Assembly (NCBI GenBank): GCA_945859975.1
Contig: CAMAPH010000004.1
Coordinates: 32,001 to 96,000, forward strand
Origin: Chthonomonas calidirosea
Lineage (GTDB): Bacteria > Armatimonadota > Fimbriimonadia > Fimbriimonadales > Fimbriimonadaceae
Length of the DNA: 64,000 nt
Direction: 5' to 3'
The notes below the pieces were generated by a model. The model searched no databases. It had not been told where the DNA came from and was given only the letters and a program-made list of their open reading frames with translations. This document shows positions 58,552 to 64,000 of this stretch, one piece after another. Each line of letters starts with the position of its first letter. The stretch's first letter is position 1. The position numbers and the translations under genes are program-made.

Positions 58552-59940
58552 GTGAGTCTGCCCATCGAAGATCTAACGCCGCGACAAATCGTGGCCGAAC
58601 TGGACAAGTACGTCATCGGACAACAAGCCGCCAAGCGAGCGGTCGCCGTTGCTCTTCGAAACCGATACCGCCGACAGCAACTCCCAGAGGAGCGCCGCGA
58701 TGATGTGATGCCGAAAAACATTCTCATGATCGGCCCCACAGGCGTCGGCAAAACCGAACTCGCCCGCCGACTCGCGCAACTTGCCCGCGCCCCGTTCGTT
58801 AAGGTCGAAGCCACAAAGTTCACCGAGGTCGGCTACGTAGGCCGAGATGTGGATTCGATGGTTCGAGACCTGGTTTCCCACGCGGTCCGAATTGTAGAAA
58901 AGGAGAAGTTCGAGGCCGTTCGCGAAGAATCCGAGCGCCGAGCCATGGACCGACTCGTGGACATGGTCTACGATGGCCCGACTCCGTGGCAAACCAACTT
59001 CAACTACTTCTCTGACGACGCTGCCGAAACCGAAGCCAAGCCCGCGATCAGCGAAGAGGACTACCAAGCCGCTCAAGCATCGCTTCGCGCACAAATCCTT
59101 GCCGGTGAACTTGATAACCAACTCGTTGAGATCGACGTTGAAGAAGCCAACAACCCGTTTGTCCAGGTCTTCTCTGCGCAAGGCATCGAAGAAATGGGAA
59201 TCGACACCAGCGCACCCGGCGGACCGTTCGGGTCCCGCCGATCGACTCGCCGCGTGACCGTGCAAGAAGCCCATCCGATGCTGGTGGAAGAAGAGTCGAA
59301 GAAAATGGTTGATCGAAGCTCGATCAACCGGGAGGCGATCGTTCGCGCCGAGCAGACCGGCATCATCTTCATCGACGAAATCGACAAGGTCGCAATCAAG
59401 AGCTCTGGCGCAGGGCCCGACGTCTCACGAGAAGGCGTCCAGCGAGACTTGCTCCCGATCATCGAAGGTTCGACCGTGCAGTCGAAGTTCGGACCCATCA
59501 AAACCGACCATATCCTTTTCATCGCTGCCGGCGCCTTCCACATCGCCAAGCCAAGCGACCTGATCCCCGAGCTACAGGGTCGACTCCCGATCCGCGTCGA
59601 GCTCGAGAGCCTCACCCGGGGCGACCTTCGCCGTATTCTGCAAGAGCCTAAGAACGCTCTGGTAGGACAGTACTTCGACCTGCTCAAGGTAGACGGCGTT
59701 GAAATCGAGTTCACATCCGACGCGCTCGACGAAATCGCCGAGCTCGCCGAAGCGGTTAACGAGAAGATCGAAGACATCGGGGCGCGACGACTTCACACGA
59801 TGATGGAGCGACTTCTGGAAGAAGCCTTGTACGAAGCTCCGGAAACCGAACAGAAGCACATTCGGTTCAACCGAGAGTCGGTTCGAGCCAAGCTCGATCC
59901 ATTCGTCCGCAACCTCGAAACTTCTCGAAACGTGCTGTAG
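58552..59940 (+). CDS. hslU: HslU ATPase subunit of HslUV protease
   Basis: LTPRQIVAELD, GPTGVGKTE, EATKFTEVGYVGRDV, PELQGRLPIRVEL; start GTG 58552. Confidence 0.96.
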   Translation: MSLPIEDLTPRQIVAELDKYVIGQQAAKRAVAVALRNRYRRQQLPEERRDDVMPKNILMIGPTGVGKTELARRLAQLARAPFVKVEATKFTEVGYVGRDVDSMVRDLVSHAVRIVEKEKFEAVREESERRAMDRLVDMVYDGPTPWQTNFNYFSDDAAETEAKPAISEEDYQAAQASLRAQILAGELDNQLVEIDVEEANNPFVQVFSAQGIEEMGIDTSAPGGPFGSRRSTRRVTVQEAHPMLVEEESKKMVDRSSINREAIVRAEQTGIIFIDEIDKVAIKSSGAGPDVSREGVQRDLLPIIEGSTVQSKFGPIKTDHILFIAAGAFHIAKPSDLIPELQGRLPIRVELESLTRGDLRRILQEPKNALVGQYFDLLKVDGVEIEFTSDALDEIAELAEAVNEKIEDIGARRLHTMMERLLEEALYEAPETEQKHIRFNRESVRAKLDPFVRNLETSRNVL

Positions 59941-60036
59941 CAGAAAAAAGTTGGGAAGCTCAGAATACTTCTCCCTATAATCGAGTTGAGTGCGCCGACG
60001 AACGTCCTATCCTCGGCGCACAAGGTTTTGACTGAG

Positions 60037-61446
60037 ATGAGAATATACGGCACGCTTCCGGTTCTGGCCCTCATCTCGTCTTTTGCGTCCGCACAGACAA
60101 GCTTTTTGCCGGAAGAGCGAGACCGCATCACGCAATTTTGGAAGGAACCGTCACGGCTGGCGACGGTCGTGCCGGAGTCCGCCAACAAGCAAGGACTTTT
60201 TGTTGTGCGTCAAAGTCCAGAAGGTTCTTTTTGGCTCTGGAACTTTAACAAACTGCGCGGACTCGGCAAGGTTCCCCCAACCCAAACGGCACCCGTCGTT
60301 CCGGTCACATCGCCCGGTATCCAACCTGGTTCCGCAAAAGCTTGGGAAACGTGGCTTCAAGCAAAGCAGAAGTTCGATGAGTATCAAAGCGCTTTAGCCG
60401 CTAACGAGGAGAACCGCCTCGGCGGTTTTCCCACGGTGCCGCAAGTCGAGAGTCCCGACCCCGGTCCTGCTCCCTCAGATCTTGTCGCATTCGCGGGTGA
60501 ACCACCCCGATTCTTCGAGCCCGCACGACCGAACGAGTTTCGGATCGTGTTCCATGATGCGGAGTACCGCTACGTGGATAACGTGACCGTGCCGAAGCAG
60601 TACGCCTACTACCGATTCCGACAAGGCGTCCGCGCGGCTGGAAAACCCGTTAAGGCGATGCCAGACGACGAACTGAACTCACTGTTTGAAAAGGCCGGAA
60701 TCAGCCCCAAAATGTGCAAAACCATGCGGGCGGTTTCCCTACTCGAAGGGGGATTTGAGAGCGTAAACACCTATGACACTGGCTACTTGAGTGTCGGCGT
60801 CATCCAGTTTGCTGCCCTTTCCGAAGGCGGCGGCAGCCTCGGCGCGGTTCTAGCGAAGATGGAATTGGAGTCTCCTACGGCATTCCAAGAACACTTCCGC
60901 AACTTCGGAATCGATGTTTCGGATTCCGGCAAAATCCAGGTGTTTGATACCGACCAGCAGCAAGAGCTCGAGGGCCTAGATGCTGTACTCCGAATCATCG
61001 AAGACAAGCGACTCACCGCCGTTTTCCAGCGCGCCGGAGAGCGGAGCGAAGAGTTCCGCATCAGCCAACTCAAAGTTGCCTACGAACGGTACTACCCAGC
61101 AAACGATGTTCTGCTTCTGAACACCACGAAAGGACCGATTCAGGGAACGGTAGCGGAGGTTTTCCGCACCGATGCCGGAATCGCCACGCTGATGGATCGG
61201 AAGGTGAACACCGGCGGACTTGGGAACCTCACCGCTCTTCTCACTCAACTCGCCGAAAAGGTTGGGGCCACAAAACTTGCTGATCTCGCGACTTATGAGT
61301 ACGAGCTCACCGAGGCCATGCAGTACCGGCACAACTTCCTGAACGACGCTTCCCTAGAAAAGCCTGCCGAACCGAAAGTTCGCACTTTGCCATCGCGAGG
61401 AAACAACGGGCGGTTTGGTCGGACTGGCGTTCGGAAGGGACGTTGA
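60037..61446 (+). CDS. Exported hypothetical protein, possible lysozyme-like domain
   Basis: Signal peptide; EGGFESVNTYDTGYLSVGVIQF resembles a muramidase catalytic segment. Confidence 0.6.
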   Translation: MRIYGTLPVLALISSFASAQTSFLPEERDRITQFWKEPSRLATVVPESANKQGLFVVRQSPEGSFWLWNFNKLRGLGKVPPTQTAPVVPVTSPGIQPGSAKAWETWLQAKQKFDEYQSALAANEENRLGGFPTVPQVESPDPGPAPSDLVAFAGEPPRFFEPARPNEFRIVFHDAEYRYVDNVTVPKQYAYYRFRQGVRAAGKPVKAMPDDELNSLFEKAGISPKMCKTMRAVSLLEGGFESVNTYDTGYLSVGVIQFAALSEGGGSLGAVLAKMELESPTAFQEHFRNFGIDVSDSGKIQVFDTDQQQELEGLDAVLRIIEDKRLTAVFQRAGERSEEFRISQLKVAYERYYPANDVLLLNTTKGPIQGTVAEVFRTDAGIATLMDRKVNTGGLGNLTALLTQLAEKVGATKLADLATYEYELTEAMQYRHNFLNDASLEKPAEPKVRTLPSRGNNGRFGRTGVRKGR

Positions 61447-61518
61447 ACCCATTAGCTTTCTTGTTCTATAGCCCCGGGTGTATAATCCGGGCACCGAAAC
61501 CTCGGGCAAATTCCGGCC

Positions 61519-62310
61519 ATGCAACGCTTTATTAACTGGATTAAGAGTCTTTTCAACCGCACCATGGATCGGCTAGAAGATCCCGAGATGATGCTGGATC
61601 AAGCACGTCGCGACATGCAGCAGGCTCTCGTTGCTAACCGCGAAAAGGCCGTGCAGGCCATTACCCAGAAGAACCGTTTGCAGGGAATGCTGGAAGAGGC
61701 AAACAAGAAAAGCGCTCAACTAGAAAAGCAAGCCGCGATGGCATTGCAGCAAGGAAAGCGCGATCTCGCAACGAACTTCATGCGCGAGAAGATGACAAAC
61801 GACGCTACGATTGCAACGCTTCAGGCTTCGTACGATAGCGCCGTGCAGACCGTTGAGCAAGTTAAGGTCGCCATCAAGCGACAAGACGAAGAAGTTCGCG
61901 CCAAGACCGCCGAAGCCCTCGCCATGAAGGCGCAGTGGAAGCAGGCTCAGATTCAGAATTCAATCTCCAAAGCCCTCGACGGCTTGACCTTCGAAAACCA
62001 ATTTGAAGGATTTGGCGCCGCAAGTGAGCGAATCAAGGAAGCTCAGTCGGAGGCCGCTGCTCGACAAGAGATGTTCAGCACATCCATCCAAGGCAAGATG
62101 ATGATGATGGAAGACACCTCCCGCGACATGGAAGCGGAGAGCGAACTCGAAAAGCTGGAACAGCGACTGGGTCTCAAGCCGGCAACGCAAGAAGCGAGCA
62201 CCGCGACCGTTTCGGTTGGACTCAACGGAGTTGCCGCTAGCGAAGCCGTCATTCAGTCTGAAGCCGAGAAGCAACTCGAAGAACTCGAGAAGCGACTCAA
62301 GTCAGACTAG
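61519..62310 (+). CDS. pspA: PspA/IM30 (Vipp1) family protein
   Basis: LEDPEMMLDQ, long coiled coil; TATAAT at 61481. Confidence 0.88.
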   Translation: MQRFINWIKSLFNRTMDRLEDPEMMLDQARRDMQQALVANREKAVQAITQKNRLQGMLEEANKKSAQLEKQAAMALQQGKRDLATNFMREKMTNDATIATLQASYDSAVQTVEQVKVAIKRQDEEVRAKTAEALAMKAQWKQAQIQNSISKALDGLTFENQFEGFGAASERIKEAQSEAAARQEMFSTSIQGKMMMMEDTSRDMEAESELEKLEQRLGLKPATQEASTATVSVGLNGVAASEAVIQSEAEKQLEELEKRLKSD

Positions 62311-62312
62311 GA

Positions 62313-63452
62313 TCACTTTACGGTAGAGCCGATCCCGGACCTTGATGGCTTCGGGGTCGGCTTTTTTGTGATCAAAGCTCGGTACACCAGTTCTGTACTG
62401 GCCTCCATTGCCTCGGCGCTAAACAGCTTGCGCGCCCGAACCCGCGCCTTGCTGCTCATTTCAATTCGACGCGAGGAATCCTGCAACAACTCCATGCACC
62501 CCTGTGCCAGTGCCCGGACATCGTAGGCAGGCCGTAGAATTCCGACATCTGGCGTGACAACTTCTGGAATGCCACCAACGCGGGTTGCCACCGTCGGGAG
62601 GCCCAGAGCCATCGCTTCCACAAGCGCGATCCCCATTGCTTCCTGGTGGCTGGGGAATAAGAAGAGATCCATCGCCGCCAAGTACGGCCGAATGTCCGAC
62701 TGGTAGCCGACAAACCGAACGTGGTTAACGAGGCCGAGATCCTCGGTCACGGATCGTGCGGCATCGAGCCCATCTCCATCGCCTACCAGCAGATAGCAGA
62801 GATTCGGAAAGTGCTCGGTAAGGATTCCCACAGCCCGAATTCCGTCCTCAATCCCCTTCATCGCGGTGATGCGCGAAACCGTTCCGATGACCGGTCCAAC
62901 GTTATCCAGGCCCAGCGCCATCCGAGAGGCATCTCCGTTTGCGTGAAAGTCGGCCAGGTTCAGCCCGTTGTAAACCACGGTGACGTCGCTGGCCAAAATG
63001 CCCTGAGCCATCATGTGGCTCTTCACTTGTTCGCTCACCGCGATCATGTGGTCTGAGAAAGTGAACGAGAGCTTCCCGCTCATTCCATGCACGGTGCTCA
63101 CCGACGGCACTTTCGCAATCCGTGCCGCCAGTCCTCCGTTGACGCTGCTCGTGCTGAGGTGGGTATGAATGACGTCGTACTTTTCTCGCTTGATGTGCCG
63201 AGCCATTTGGATGGCGGCAACAAGATCGAGCTTTAGCCGAACCCGAAACTCTCGGTTTGCAAAGCCACGTGCACGCACCTGAGATCCGAACCGCTTGCCC
63301 GCGAAGGTCGCGAACTCGACCGTGTGTCCCGCCGCGCGTTGGGCCTCGCCAAGGGTAAGCAAAGAAAGCGCCGCGCCGTACACCGCTTCGCGAGCGGAGC
63401 AAATTTGTAAAATTCTGAGGCCAGAATTCGGCTGAATCGGACTAGGCGGCAT
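62313..63452 (-). CDS. Family 4 glycosyltransferase
   Basis: VIHTH, KG, PSHQEAMGIALVEAMALG, GGIPEVV. Confidence 0.92.
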   Translation of the reverse strand: MPPSPIQPNSGLRILQICSAREAVYGAALSLLTLGEAQRAAGHTVEFATFAGKRFGSQVRARGFANREFRVRLKLDLVAAIQMARHIKREKYDVIHTHLSTSSVNGGLAARIAKVPSVSTVHGMSGKLSFTFSDHMIAVSEQVKSHMMAQGILASDVTVVYNGLNLADFHANGDASRMALGLDNVGPVIGTVSRITAMKGIEDGIRAVGILTEHFPNLCYLLVGDGDGLDAARSVTEDLGLVNHVRFVGYQSDIRPYLAAMDLFLFPSHQEAMGIALVEAMALGLPTVATRVGGIPEVVTPDVGILRPAYDVRALAQGCMELLQDSSRRIEMSSKARVRARKLFSAEAMEASTELVYRALITKKPTPKPSRSGIGSTVK

Positions 63453-64000
63453 TTCGATATGCTCTAAGCAACTTCAGTAGGAACAGGGGTCCCCAGGTGT
63501 CTGCGCGAACATTGATCCTGCGCAAATCAAACTGATCCGACTCAGCCCGATTACTTCCCTTTCTGGTTCCGCATGCTGCTTCAAAGCCAGCCGTCTGAAC
63601 CACCCTTTTCACCGTCGCGTTGCTTTGCCCGTAAGGGTAGCAGAAAGTTTTGACGCAACGTCCAAAAAGCTCCTGAAGTTGGTCTTTTGCCCCGTTAACC
63701 TCGTCCGAAAGTTGATTTTCCGCAATATCCGCTAGGTGTGCGTGGGTTGCAGAATGGCAACCAATTCGGTTTCCAGCCGCCAACCACGCTTGCACCTCAT
63801 CAACCGACATCAGCGGTTCCAGCCCGTCGTCCCAATCATTCGTCGCCCCCAAGCGCTCCGAAACGAGATACACAATCCCGAAAAATCCGGTCGCCTGCAT
63901 CGCTGGACTCGCATATGTGAGGTTGTTTCGGTACCCGTCATCGAACGTAATCGCGATGGGTCGGTTTACGGAGAAGACCCCGTCATACGGCGCGAGATCA
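63442..64000 (-). CDS. Polysaccharide deacetylase (NodB/CE4), 5' end outside the window
   Basis: ITFDDGY, HSATH, FCYPYG motifs. Confidence 0.88.
   Translation of the reverse strand, partial: DLAPYDGVFSVNRPIAITFDDGYRNNLTYASPAMQATGFFGIVYLVSERLGATNDWDDGLEPLMSVDEVQAWLAAGNRIGCHSATHAHLADIAENQLSDEVNGAKDQLQELFGRCVKTFCYPYGQSNATVKRVVQTAGFEAACGTRKGSNRAESDQFDLRRINVRADTWGPLFLLKLLRAYRNAA

Noticed and set aside
1..64000. CRISPR array, integrase, transposase or prophage
   Set aside because: No regularly spaced 25-45 bp repeats and no recombinase, Cas or phage motifs were recognised in any ORF

Overview
Chromosomal window of about 58-60% GC (estimated by eye). The gene repertoire (prepilin/H-X9-DG proteins, PEP-CTERM protein, FG-GAP/Ig surface protein, many apparently leaderless genes) suggests an Armatimonadota (Fimbriimonas-like) bacterium; this is an inference. 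It holds about 60 CDS, three tRNAs (Asn-GTT, Val-GAC, Leu-TAA), housekeeping genes (hisC, galT, cydAB, prfC, rpmG, rpmF, recN, CCA-adding enzyme, cysteine desulfurase, hslU, pspA) and many carbohydrate-active enzymes. No integrase, transposase or CRISPR array was seen. The most striking structure is a divergent locus at about 31.3-41.8 kb. Two type IV prepilin-like proteins each head an arm leading to a secreted phosphate-scavenging enzyme (a beta-propeller phosphoesterase on one side, a beta-propeller phytase on the other), with a lipoprotein and an orphan flavin-dependent halogenase in between. Both prepilin genes, the lipoprotein, the halogenase and a distant alkaline phosphatase all carry tandem (C/G/T)TTAAC repeats with an exact 11-bp period (Pho-box-like). 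Other points of interest: a tandem MNT/HEPN islet with a truncated HEPN behind tRNA-Leu, a Tat-exported 3-keto-glycoside-pathway-like operon, zinc-motif-free L33/L32, and a candidate structured RNA upstream of the cysteine desulfurase. All product calls come from motif recognition, not database searches.
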